Assembly (NCBI GenBank): GCA_964106915.2 | Contig: OZ066915.1 | DNA: 64,000 nt | Source of the DNA: Podarcis gaigeae | Lineage: Eukaryota | Reading direction: 5' to 3' (one strand) | Shown: piece after piece, positions 27,623 through 39,474 of the stretch | Layout: each line of letters opens with the position of its first letter | Position numbering within the stretch: the first letter of the stretch is position 1 | Translations under genes and position numbers: made by a program | The notes under the pieces: model-generated | Database searches by the model: none | Seen by the model: only the letters and a program-made list of their open reading frames with translations | What the model was told of the DNA's origin: nothing

Positions 27623-27757
27623 GGGGAAGGGCTGTAGCTCAGTGGTAGAACCACCTGCTTTGCATGCAGAAGGTCTAATTCCCAACATCTCCTGGCAGGA
27701 CCGGGAAAGATCTCTGCCTGAAATCCTGGAAAGCCATTGCCAGTCAGCATAGACAAT
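27623..27757 (+). mobile_element. tRNA-derived Squam3-like SINE (other pieces ~985-1110 +, ~34085-34250 -, ~44275-44345 -, ~57880-57998 -)
   Basis: A box tagctcagtggtagaa, tgctttgcatgcagaaggtc, and body gaaatcctgga..tgccagtcag..tagacaat. Confidence 0.75.
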
Positions 27758-27764
27758 GGTTTCC

Positions 27765-27810
<46 letters not shown>
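27765..27810. repeat. (AAT)n microsatellite
   Basis: Direct reading. Confidence 0.95.
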
Positions 27811-28275
27811 TTTTATTTATACCCCGCCTTCCCCAGCTAAGGCTGGGCTCAGAGCGGCTGAGGATGGGAATCTCTATGTTTGAATGCTATATCCAACAGA
27901 GGCTAGAGAAGGTGGCATCCTGACTCCAACTAAGGGGCAGGGGCAGATGTGATGCATGTACGTCTCTGTGTGAAGGCCAGCAGTTTTCAGTTTGAGGTAG
28001 AGAGGCTGAAAGTGTGTGTTGAGAGCTGTTTTTTCCCTGCAATCTGTGTTAGTGAACAGATCTGCCGCATTGTAGGAATGCCTGCTTCTTGCCTCCACTT
28101 ACGTTCTGCTGCTTTTATTTGTAAATAAGGCAAATATGACAAAGATACCATCTCATGCCTGGTAAACCTGGATAGTGCTTTCCCTGGAAATTTTCGCCAC
28201 TTGAGGAAGTAGGGAAGTGCAAAAAAAAAAAAAAATGTTTTCCCTCTTTCTCCTTTGCTATTACATGGTGTAGTT

Positions 28276-28463
28276 TAGGGTTGCCATACGTCCGGAATTT
28301 CCCAGACATATCCGTAATACTGCTGTCTCTAGCAGTGTCCAGGCGGAAATCATTAAAAATGTCAGTGAAAATCCATGTCATTTTTGCTGATTTTCCATTA
28401 AAAAAATAGCTCAAAAATGGCTTTTCTGTCTGGATTTTTACTGTTTTAAATATGGCAGCCCTA
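28276..28463. mobile_element. hAT (Blackjack-like) MITE
   Basis: TAGGGTTGCCATA ... TATGGCAGCCCTA. TSD GTGTAGTT/GTGTAGCT. Confidence 0.82.
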
Positions 28464-28569
28464 GTGTAGCTAGATCAGTGGCCTTTGAGAAGGGGAGGCA
28501 TTGGCATGGGTAGGGCCCACATGATCAGACCTGCCCATGTGATACAAACATCCCTACATTACTGGAGCA

Positions 28570-28738
28570 CAGTGGCGTAGCGTGGGGGGTGCAGGGGGGG
28601 CCGGCCGCACCGGGCACAACATCTGGGGGTTAGGGTTAGGGGGCGCAAATCCACGGGTTAGGGGGCGCAAATCCATGGGTTAGGGGGCACAAATTACTTG
28701 CCTTGCCCCGGGTGCTGACAACCCACGCTACACCACTG
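28570..28738. mobile_element. hAT MITE (169 bp) with internal TTAGGG-containing tandem repeat
   Basis: TIR CAGTGGCGTAGCGTGG / CCACGCTACACCACTG. Perfect 8-bp TSD CTGGAGCA at 28562-28569 and 28739-28746. Confidence 0.9.
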
Positions 28739-30339
28739 CTGGAGCAGCATTACAGGGAGCAAGCTTCAGGGTAGTGACAACTTTAAAATATATGTATCAG
28801 CATTTCAATCGGCCTGCACTGTTGAAAAGGCTCCTTTTACCTTTATGGCTTAAAAATAAATTTAACTGTCTTTGAGGGTTAATTGGTATTATGATTAATG
28901 ACTCCTTATTATCTCTTCTTGATGTGCTTGTGCAATATTATTTATGATGACTGAAGGTCAGAACAAATAAATAATTATCTGTCTAGCCTTATTACAAGGT
29001 GAAATGTGGACAAACATTGTATTTCTTCCAGCCATTAGGGGTTAATTAGGGCCCCTAATGGGTGACATAATATTTTCATCCAGTGTGGTATAATGGTTAG
29101 TGTGTTGGGTTGGGTTTTGAAGTGGGAACACACAGGTTCTGAGCACACAAATAGCATAGACAAAAGGAACGGATTTGAAAATTTACATTACATTGTGTTC
29201 TTTGCACTGATTACTTCCCAGGATCTGTAATCCGTTATCATTTCCCCTCTGTGCAGGATTGTGGTATAGTATGATTAAATTGATGTGATTCTTCCTGCAC
29301 TTAAACCTGAAGAGTATCTGAAACAGGCAGAAAACGTAGACGGTACAGGATTCATTGGCTGAATTTTTGTAAACTGTTCTGAAGGTGTTTCATTTTCGAA
29401 GAAATGTTCACAAGTCAGTTACATTAAGAAATGTAGTGTAGTAGCTAAAGTTGCGATCTTATGAAAAGTTATTTGAGATTAAGTCCCTCTTTGTTCCAGT
29501 GGAGACTTCCATGAAGGGGCGCTAGAAGGCAATTTTCTATTATTCCCTCTTCCTTCTGCAGCCCTTGCCCGCCCCCCCCCGGCCGCCGCCCCAGAGTACC
29601 ATGTAGGCCTCTGTACCCACTAACACCACAAAGAAAACCTTCATAGCAATGAAATACGTATCAACATTCTGCTATAGAATTTGTGCATATCTTTTCAGAA
29701 GTTGGACCCACTGATTTAAATTGGATTAACTCCCAGGTAAGCATGTCTCGGGTCACAACCTGAGTAATAAACAAGAGGTTTAAAGACTGTCTCAAGGCAA
29801 ATCTAAAAAAAAATGTAGTATAAACAATGACAACTGGGAAACACTGGCCTGCGAGTGCTCCAGTTGGAGAACAGCCTTTATCAAAGGTGTCATGGGCTTT
29901 GAAGACACTCGAACTCAGGACGCAAGGGAAAAACGTGCTATGAGGAAGGCACGCTTGGTAAATCCACACCGTGATCAACTCCCGCCTGGAACCCAATGTC
30001 CCCACTGTGGAAGGACATGTGGATCCAGAATTGGCCTCCACAGTCACTTACGGACTCATTGTTAAAACCGTGTTTATTGGAAGACAATCTTCCTGGGCTA
30101 CAGGAAGATGTTGTCCACTCTTTCACTGCATGTATTTCAATATGTGTGAAAGTGCTGTGGCACTCATCCGAGGTTAACTGAAAATTTCAGTAAGACTGGG
30201 GTCACATAACACACCGGTGTCATTTAATGCAAGCATCTAGCGCCTATTATTCATTCATTTACTCCCAGTACAGTACTTGTATGCCACCTCTCATGGCTAG
30301 CCCTCCCAAGGCGCCTGACAGCTTATTTAAAACATAAAA

Positions 30340-31210
30340 TCATTATTATACCAACGCGTGTTTACGCAGAATGTGTTCAACGACACTTATTCCTAAGGCA
30401 CGTAGGTAGTAGGATCGTGGCCTTCCTGTACAATCTTATAGGTCTACTCAGTTCGATGAGAGTTCAGTTATAGACTCACTGACAGGTAAGCGAGCATAGG
30501 AGCGCATTCTTAAATCACGAGCAAATTGCCCCCCGCTCTTTGCGGACACGTCCGCCTGCGCCCTTTAACCCGTTAAGTTCCCAGCCCTTAAAAGTTTGAC
30601 GCGTGTATGCAGACGGAGGGTTCCCACCGGCTCGTGCCTAGATTTTAGGATCGCCTCCCCCGCCTTTCGCTTCGCTCTGCCCCCAGCGCCCACCTGCCCG
30701 CCCCCTTTCCCTCCGCGGCGGAAGCGGCGCGTCGGCCGCTCTCCGGCGCCCAATGAGTTCTTGCTGCGCGTCCTCTGGCCTGGCCGGGCTGGGCCCGTCA
30801 CTTCCTGCCCCCTGTAGCCGGCACGACCGAGCCTGAAATCCCAGGGAAGAGGAGGTGGAGGTGGCGGCCGTGGAGGCGGAGAAGGAGGAGGAGGGGGGCG
30901 GGGAGCAGGGAGGCTGAGCTGCGTTCGCCACCAACATGCCCTTTGATTTCAGGAGGTGAGTGCGGGCGGCGTCCCCAGAAAAGGGGTGTGTGAGAGAATG
31001 AATGGATGCATGCATGTGCAGGGAGAGCCTTTGCAGCAAGCGGTGGGGGGCGACCCATCCCACCCAGCACCCCCCAATATTAAGCTGGTGCAGCTGTCAT
31101 CTTTCCCATCAGGATGTGGGGAGAGGGCCACGCGCCACGGTCCCTCAGGTGCGGAGCGCCCCTCTGCGGTGCTCGGTGGACGGGGAAAGGAAAGCGGGTG
31201 GGGGGGGCAT
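30340..31210 (+). promoter_or_regulatory. ERGIC1: CpG-island, TATA-less promoter and 5'UTR of ERGIC1
   Basis: Sharp rise in GC and CpG content. GC boxes (cccgcccc), ETS-type CGGAAG 30719-30724 and ACTTCCTG 30800-30807, and CCAAT 30750-30754 lie upstream of the ATG. The TSS cannot be determined from sequence. Confidence 0.85.
30936..30955 (+). CDS. ERGIC1: ERGIC1 coding exon 1 (MPFDFRR, phase-2 intron follows)
   Basis: gccaccaacATGCCCTTTGATTTCAGGAG|gtgagt. A at -3 of the ATG, canonical donor, inside a CpG island. The peptide matches the recalled vertebrate ERGIC1 (ERGIC-32) N-terminus MPFDFRR. Confidence 0.95.
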
Positions 31211-34200
31211 CCAATTTATGGGCCCATTTGGGCAGATGTTCTACTATAAAAATCCATGAAAAAGGCTTAGCCTCGGGTTGTAGAACAAAGCCCACATCTC
31301 ACTTCTTTTAAAATTATTCTGATTTTAATCTAAGGGTAATATAGATCCTTCTCTTCATGGGTGCCAGGCAGAGCAGGCCCCCGCCCCAGCCAAAACCCTC
31401 TGACCCCTAGATTTTCTTAAAAAGGGGGGGAAAGGTGAGTTTCTAGCTCTTGTGAGACCTGAGATACGAGGCAAAATGTATAGCTCTCAGATATGAGGCC
31501 AAATGTACTGTTCTTCTCTTTTTGTGTGTAATAGTCTGCCCCCACATTCAGTGTTTTGCTTTGTCCCACCCCCACCCCCGAAAACCTCTGTCAAATGCCC
31601 ATGTTTCCCTCAAGTCCCTTCTGCCCTATGAATAGTGATTTCTGTACTTGAAGCATGAATGTGAGGTAGCAGTCACTGGGGCAGATATGGCTTGGAGAAG
31701 GGTACGAAGTGGATTCACTTTGCCAACCCCGAGGCAAAAGAAGGTGATGGTGGGAGGCAGTGGTAAAAACTGAGTTTGATGAGCAGGATGCTGTAGGCCG
31801 ATAGAGTTGGCCCACTTATTCCTTCCCCCTTCTTAAAAGTGGCTCTCAAGCAAAACTGGGTGCTTCTTAAGGTCATAAAGGGTGCGCTGAGATGAGTGAC
31901 TGACAGCACAATCCTATACATGTCTACTCAGAAGTCTTAATGAGTTCAGTAGGTATGTAGAAGTCAGAGTGAATTGAAAGGAATAAAAGTGGAAATGCCC
32001 AGTAGCTGGTTTGAGATGAGCTCTTTTAGTCCCCAAGATAAAAGCATGGTGACTCAAAGGAGAATAGTAATAAGGTGTGTGCCCTGGACGCAGCTAGATA
32101 GAACAATAAGAGTTAAGGAGAGTAGGTACACAGGAAAGCTGAGATTTATTTCAATCACACACTGACAAATAGCATGCTGATTTCCCTTTCAACTGTCTGC
32201 CAAAGTAGTCTTGGCTGTTATATCAGATGCATTGGTTCCGTCATCAAACTGCTTATGATGCCAGCGAGGTGCCACACATTCCTTGGCATAGGTCTTTCAT
32301 TCCCATCCCCAACAAATGATGTTCTGTCATTTGGCCCTTCTTTATATCAGCCTTTCTGCCTGTTTCCATAGTGCTATATGAGACTTGTTAACCCTTTTTT
32401 TAAAACAAGAGTTTGCTGCCATACCTTCTATTCCTTCTGCCCCTGTTCATTCCAGCTAATGTAACACTTCTATTATGCATTGCAGTTTGAAAAAGAATAT
32501 ATTATTGCAAAACGGCATTTCCCTTAATCCTTACTATTTTCAGCCATTATCCCATTGTACAGTATTAGAAGATCCTCAAATGGATCGGCTGAAATTTGTT
32601 CTGTGCAAGCTGTGTTAATATGCAGCAGTGGGAGGGAACCTGTGGTCCCCTATAGATTTTACTGGACTACCACTCCCATCACCTCTTGACAGGCGGCATG
32701 CTGGTTGGGGCTGATGGAAGTTGGAGTCTGATAACATCTGGAGGGCTACAGGTCCTCCTCACCCCACACCCCATTTTACAGGATTGCAGGCTTTTAAATT
32801 GCACTTTAAAAATGCTTCTTCACTGAAACAGTTCTTCCTTTATTTTGGGGGGTAGATAGTTTGTAGTGCCCTTCAAAAGTTCTTTTTCTGCAACCGAGTG
32901 AGACAAGTGAATCTTGTTCTCTGGCTCTTCTGTTGGTAGGCATGCCTGAGAGAGCAGTTTGTTTGCTTGTCTCAAGGTGCTTGATGCCAAAGATTCCACA
33001 GCCAAGCTTGAAAACCTCATTTGCCCTCATAACATGGGGCAGTTCCCTGTGTACTTCCTTCCACCTGCGTCTTGAGAGGGTACCACCTCTGCATACATTT
33101 ACTAGGTGTGCTTACATCTTTCCCTGAGGGGTGGGGAAACACAGGTGAGGATGTTATCCTTATAAATGGAAACATGCTATTATTATATAATACTTCAGAT
33201 GCACCTAGTATTTTGTGAGGTCCCTGCCCCAAGGCCTTATGACATAAGTTAACACACAAGCAGCAGGCATAAAGGGAGGGTGTGGTGGCCTGACGACTGG
33301 ACATAGGGTGGTTGCATGCAAGGTGTAGTTTTGGAGGAACATGTAGGTGTGTAGAAGGTTAAGGATTTTCCAAACATATTATTATTATTATATAACATGT
33401 TACTCTTTCTCCATCAGATACTTCAAGGCACCTGGGTGTGTTGGGGAAGGTAATCTCAGGGTACAGTTGAATAATTCATGCCTCCTTAAACTGGCAATGG
33501 AAAAACACTTGTTCTCCACAACACAAACAATGACCAGGAAACATGGGACAATGGCATATATTGTGCTTTTTTTGTCAGTAGAGGTGCCTAATCTCTGCAC
33601 TTGTTTGACTAACATATATTAAAATTTATTTGGGAAGCTGTCCAGGTACTGCTTGTCATGCTCAGCAGGAATTATTATGCAAAGTATTTTGAATAGGAAG
33701 CATTATATTAAGAGTGTTTGTGATCCAGAATTTGTTCTGCTCCTGTTGACAAACATGAATACTTGAATGATAAGGAATGTTGTTTTATGTTCCCTTTATG
33801 CACTTTAAATGTGCTGGATTAGTTTGAAACGGATGCTTGGCTAAGGTTTCAGATACTCTTAGTGCTTTTCTTTAACTTGTGACTTAATTTCCCAATCTCA
33901 AATTCTTTAAAAAATAAACAAATCTTTCAGTTGCATTTGTATTTTTCCCTTTTATCTCAGTAGCCTAGAGCAGCAAGCATGGAAGGATTCAATTTCCCCC
34001 AAATTCACCAGTATAACTCCTACATAGAACTCTTCCGAATTGGAACCAGAAGTGAATAGGTAATCCATATGGTACAGAAAGCTCCCTTAAACTGAATCAA
34101 ACCATTGTTCTCTCTTGCTCAGTCTTGGCTACTGCACACTGACTGGCAGCAGTTTCCCAGAATAGACAGGAATCTGTACCTGGAAATCCTGGGGATAGAA

Positions 34201-36189
34201 CCTGAGGCTTTCTGCCTGTAGCTCATGCGTGCTTCCACAGAGCTACAGCACATAAATATCTCAGGTCACCCAACTCCTGCCAGTAGACAGGATGAAATTT
34301 CTGAATAGCCTTCAGGGGCTACTATTGGAGTGCATTGTATTAGTCAGGCCTACCTGGCTGATCACAGAGGCAACTAAGCCCCTTTTAGTCATAACCTCTT
34401 GCACTGCGCCAAAGGGCAGTCATTATTGCATGATTCTTCCTCCCCCTCCTGGTTCCAGACTTGTCCCTCCTGTCACCAATTTTCTTTTAATCTGTTAGAT
34501 AGAGCTTCCTATTTAGTGCTTAGCTGCACAAACCTGTGCATGGAAGTAAGCTCTGTTGTATTCAGTGGGGTTTATTGTTGTGAAATTGTGTGCAACATTG
34601 CTACTTTAGTTTACCTTTAGAGATGGCAAATATCTTGTTTCCTCCATGCTTGGTTACTTGGAAGTCAGGTGTTTTAAGCTGCTGCAAGAACCTTATTGCT
34701 ACCTCATTTCTTTCATAAGTTGTCCAGAATGATATGTGGCCTGGAATGTAATATCTGTGTGCCTAAATAGTCCAGTTCTGTTCCCAGCAACTAGACAAAC
34801 AGTGAACATGCAGTAGAAATACTCCCCCACACTCCATAAATATCCCTCATTAAAGGAATAACCCGTCTGCAAATGCGCCAAGTAAAGAACCAGAGCTGCA
34901 AGCCTTAAGAGTGGAGTCTCTACACAGGCAACACTAAGCTGTGAATTTTAAATGACGTATTGATGTACTGTACTGGGGTGTGCAGTTTGCTTCTTCCTCC
35001 AATGTAGTCTTCTCCAACCTGCTACCTGCCAGATGTTTGGACTATAGTTGTCAACTGCCTGAGCCAGTGCTGGACTGGGGTGATTGATGAGAGTTTTAAG
35101 GCCAGAATTTCTGGAAGGCACCAGGTTAGAGAAGGTGGCATACATGGATAGATAAGATTCTCTTTTTTGCCAGTTACTATTACTTTCTGATAGCAGATTC
35201 CATGATGGCCTGCCTTTGAAATAATGGTTTTCTGCTCTGCGTTAGTTATCTGGTAGTTGACTCAGTGCTTCTTCCACTGCTTCTTTCTTGATTTTTTACT
35301 CTGAGCCCCCCCCCCCAAAGGACCTTGACACTTAATCATTTGCTAGTGTATATAGATCTCATATAATTAGCTATTCTGGAAAATAAGTATTTGACAGTGC
35401 AATCCTATACATGTCTATTCAGAATCAATCCTCATTTGTGTCCAGTGGGACCTCTATTCATGGAAGTATGTTAAGTATTGAACTGTATAAGAAATGGCTT
35501 TTCTGGAGAACTGTGTTCGTCTACTGATTTGATAATGTGTACTGCTTGTTCTTCCCATAATCCTTACATGGGCCGTGATAAAGCAGGGCAGTTTATGAGC
35601 AAACTTATGTACTAAATTGGTACTGTAAAGATGTTTGTATAGTCTTTCCATGTGGAACATAATGTTAGTCCTGAGGCTATGCGGCAGTAGGTGTATTTTT
35701 TTTATAATAAACAAGAGATAAGAGATACAGCCTGTGTAAACTCCTTGTTTAGCAGACCAACTGATATTAATGCTCTGACATTTTCTAGCACCTAGTGACA
35801 ATGCTAAGTACCTGGTGGCCACTTATAAATGTAACTTCAGTCAGAGCAATTTCTGACCATTTACATCATGCAACAGGGACAGGGGAAACCTTTTCTAGCC
35901 CAAGGGCTACATGCTAGTGATGGATGGGTTTAGAGGCAAAAGTGGGTGTGACCACAGCTGTGACCCTTTAACCTTTTCCAGTAGACTTCATTCCAAGAAG
36001 TCTCTCCATCCTCTATTTGGGCGAGCAAGATGCACTGACACAGTTCAAGGACACATTCCAGCCAGGTAAAAAGCACCTGAGGGCATGGAGGAAGGCTGGT
36101 GGGGGAATGTGGCATGGAGAGAGTCCCAAGTGCCAGATATAGGGGCTTCATTAGGCTTCTAGGCCTCAAGTTCCTTACCTCTGCAAGGG

Positions 36190-36363
36190 CTTATGATGCT
36201 ACAGCAGCTTTTTGTATGGGTACCCAAAGTCAAAAAGGATCTTATAGAGCTGGAAAGGGTGTGGAAAAGGACAGCCAAAACTATCATGGGGTTGAAGCGT
36301 CTAACCTACAAAAAAAAGGCTAAAGCACCTGAGGCGTTTTAGATCTAGAAAAAGATGGCTAAA
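36190..36363 (+). mobile_element. CR1 LINE ORF2 C-terminal fragment
   Basis: Reads KKDLIELERVWKRTAKTIMGLKRLTY..RLKHL..LEKRWL with frameshifts. A CR1-like 3' end lies on the minus strand at ~36460-36525. Confidence 0.75.
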
Positions 36364-37819
36364 GCTCCATCTATTCCCCCCCACCCCCTTATTGGATGTC
36401 CCTATCCTGGGAGGTACATCCTACTCATCTGGTTCTAACTGACCATATTTTCTACTAGATATAGAATTGTAGAGTTGGAAGGGACCCCGAAAATCATCTA
36501 GTCCAGCCCCCTGCAATGTAGGAATAAAACACAGAAAAGAGAGATGGGGGTGGAGGACTATAAAGCTGTGATTCTCACTTTTGACATTACTACGTCTGTG
36601 ATATCATTGTTTCAAGGGCAACCTGCTTATGGTAGCATCTCCTGAACGTAGTTAGGAGCAGTGGAGGCTGTGGGTGAAGGTGAGTGTGAATGATGAGCAG
36701 ATTATATATAGGCATCTGTGTTTGCTCATGGAAAATAGCAAAACGTGTATTAATGATGATCTTATCCATTGAACGGCAATGTGTAAGAATAATTTTGCAA
36801 TGACTGTGTTGCTAATTTTACTTTGCTTCTAAAACTGTTTTCTAAACAGTTGCTTTGATTAGTGACCAGCACTCTGAGTTTGGCGAGCAAACTGGTGCCC
36901 TGAGATAGCTTGTTGGTAAAGTAACAGAAATTCATTACAAAGGTGCCAGTTTTAATGATGAAGAGAAGAATCTTTTAATTTGCTTGCTCAAGTGTACAAG
37001 AAAGTCAAAATACATGAAATACAGTATATGCTAACTTTTTGGATTAAATTTAAAAATTTGGTTTTGTAGCTAGTAACACTTGTGTGTACTGGAAGTAGTG
37101 GATGAGAAACCATTTTACACTATCAGTGGGTTCTATAAAGGTCTCTACATTTGCATAAACCTAATGGAATTACTGTGATTCACTGCACATAAAACCTCGT
37201 ATTTTAGCTCTTAAGTGAAAAGGATTTTTGGACTTTTGACTTGTTTTCCTTACCATTGGACCTAAGGCACATACTCTGAAATTAAAATTTGAGAGCCCTT
37301 ATAAAATGTATTATATAAGCTTATGTGACCCAGTTCTAATCTCAGGTTGATGTTAATTTGGCAAAAGCCTCTGTATAATAAAACAGAAATCTGGACTTGG
37401 TTAGGAAGTCTCTAGTAATTTTTTTGTGGCTGGTTAGTAAGAACATAACAAGAGCAACTATCTTTCTCTCTTCTTAGCTCTGCAAAATGTGGGTGACTCT
37501 GGCTGGAAAATTGGGTTATAAATATGTTTGAAAGCCAGGTGTTGTGGTTGACTTGAGGTAATGCCGTATAAACATAAAATATTGTTCTATTCCACATGTG
37601 GTATTTTAGTGCCCAGACTGCACTGTGCGCAGTATAATTTAAATAGGGTTTGTGATGTCATCTGTCCTTATTAAGGAGATATTTAGAAATATTTTTGTAG
37701 CGTTTTCTCCTCGTATAGTACATCCCAGAATGTTGCTGTATAACTCAGCATCTCCTCAATATCCTATCTTTACCAGAAATAAGCAGTACTTGGGTAAGTT
37801 GCTAAGGGAATATGTGACT

Positions 37820-38124
37820 GCTGAGAGAAAATGTTATCTAATGGGCCTTTTCTGCAGTTGCCCTCCATTTGTGGAATGCTCTCTCCAGCGAGGTTTGTCT
37901 GGCACCTTCATTATATATATTTTAGGCTCCAGGCAAAACTTTGCTCTTCAACCAAGCATTGGGATGATTACTATTCTACAACCTTTTAAATGTCTTGGTG
38001 GAAGAGGGGGTTATTGTTCTGTTGTTTCTGTTTTAACTACTTAATTGTGCTTTTATCTTGTGTTTTTTTTCTTGTGGAGCACCCTGAGATACAGGGCGGT
38101 ATATAAATCTAATAAATAAAAATA
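37820..38124 (+). mobile_element. L2 LINE 3' end (host of the LTR-like insertion)
   Basis: Reads AFSAVALHLWNALSSEV and ends gggcggtatataaatctaataaataaaaa. Confidence 0.7.
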
Positions 38125-38129
38125 TATAT

Positions 38130-38889
38130 TGTCAGGGGTTCAGAAGGAGAGACACAGGAGGGGGAGCAAATGGAGAGTGAGGAGGAGGAGTACGAGGGGG
38201 GCGCAGGCAGTGACAGTGGCCAGAGTTATTCCACAAGCCTCTCTAGCGAATCGGAGGACTCACAGAAGGGAGCGCCGGTGGCCAGAGCAAGGGAGATTCC
38301 AAGGGAGAAACCTCAAGAGGGAGGGGCCAGCGGGGAGTCCCTGAACAGCAGCTGGAGATCAGGGCCAGCGTCTCCACCAGAGCGCAGTGGGGAGGGGGAG
38401 TCCCAGGAGTCGGGACCAGTGTCCTCACCACCAGAGGGAGGAGAGGAGTCAGGTTTGGCAACACCCACATCAGGAAGCGGGGAAACGGTCAGAAGGAAAG
38501 TCACCGGCTGGGCGCGCGCGCCAAGTTCAAATGTACAGGAGCGCGGCACAGCGGGGAGCCCGGGAAGGGAGCCAGGTCCTAAAGCCCGCCGGAGGGAGGG
38601 GCAAGACTCAGGAGGCTCCGCGTCAGAGGAGTCCAGGAAGGAGGGAACCCCAGAGGGCAGAAGGACCCAACGCAGGAAAGAGCAGCGCAAGAGGTGGAGC
38701 CGGGCTAGAATCTTAAACTGGTGTGGGTGGAGCAGTGAGTCAGAGGGGACTTAGCCGGTCTAGCGTTAAGACGTGGGCCTGCGCGCCCAGAGCTTGGAAA
38801 TGGAAACTAAACTTCAATAAAGACTTTTGTATATAATATCCACTGGGCGTTGGTCCTCTGTGAGCTGGGACCTAGCGGCAGTCCTGACA
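38130..38889 (+). mobile_element. Solo LTR-like element (760 bp; Gypsy/Ty3- or ERV-type, family unassigned)
   Basis: Ends TGTCAGG...CCTGACA (7-bp inverted, TG..CA). TATAT is duplicated at 38125-38129 and 38890-38894. AATAAA at 38816-38821. GC/CpG-rich with sharp borders against AT-rich flanks. Confidence 0.8.
38170..38754 (+). CDS. Putative LTR-encoded ORF, 194 aa, acidic/Ser-rich disordered protein with C-terminal Arg-rich motif
   Basis: Longest ORF in the window and wholly inside the LTR-like element. The frame stays open back to the LTR edge (38131). The stop lies ~60 nt before AATAAA. No homolog recognised. Confidence 0.4.
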   Translation: MESEEEEYEGGAGSDSGQSYSTSLSSESEDSQKGAPVARAREIPREKPQEGGASGESLNSSWRSGPASPPERSGEGESQESGPVSSPPEGGEESGLATPTSGSGETVRRKVTGWARAPSSNVQERGTAGSPGREPGPKARRREGQDSGGSASEESRKEGTPEGRRTQRRKEQRKRWSRARILNWCGWSSESEGT

Positions 38890-39223
38890 TATATTAACAT
38901 ATCTTTGCAAATGACTTGCTACTTAAACCTTGAAAAGAATGATGTTTCACCACAATATTATTTATTAAACAATTTCCTGAAATCAGATTGACTAGAATAT
39001 TATGCCATGAGCTTTAGTAGGCTATGGTTCTGTTTAGTCAGAGGAAGGAAGTAATTGACTGGGAAGGCAGCAGGTAGGTTTAATATGAAATGTTTGTGAC
39101 TACCTTGTGAGAATATCAAAATTATTGAGGTCTTTCTCCATTAGTTAGAAATTTGGCACAAGCACAATTCAAGAAATCTTTCTTAGTTGCAAAGTGTAGA
39201 TCATGAGCTTCAGGACATCTTCA

Positions 39224-39474
39224 CATGGTACCTTGGTTTAAGAACAGCTTAGTTTATGAACAACTTGGATTAAGAACGCTGCAAACCTGTAAGTAGGTGT
39301 TTTAGTTTGTGAACTTTGCCTTGGAATAAAAACATGTTCCGCTTCCTGTTGAGTGTGTTCCATTTGTAAATTGAGTCCCGCGCTGCTATGGAAAAGCACG
39401 CCTTGCTTTAAGAACACTTTGGTTTAAGAACAGACTTCCGCAACGGATTAAGTTCGTAAACCAATGTACGACTG
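39224..39474. mobile_element. Tigger/pogo-like MITE (degraded)
   Basis: catggtaccttggttta ... taaaccaatgtacgactg|ta. Confidence 0.7.

Noticed and set aside
27623-27690. tRNA gene (also ~43800 and the SINE heads)
   Set aside because: These are A/B-box heads of tRNA-derived SINEs that continue into SINE bodies, with no complete cloverleaf.
28625-28695. True telomere remnant or CRISPR-like array
   Set aside because: Only a few TTAGGG units inside a MITE. The repeats are head-to-tail without unique spacers, and the DNA is eukaryotic.
1-30300. DUSP1 or other coding exons upstream of ERGIC1
   Set aside because: No rhodanese or phosphatase (HCxxGxxR) coding sequence and no other convincing exon was seen on either strand. 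Small or non-coding exons could have been missed.
30750-30768. ER-stress element (CCAAT-N9-CCACG) in the ERGIC1 promoter
   Set aside because: The 3' half reads CTGCG, not CCACG.
30565-31311. Multiple ORFs on both strands in the CpG island
   Set aside because: These are expected from high GC content. The true coding part is the 20-nt ERGIC1 exon 1.
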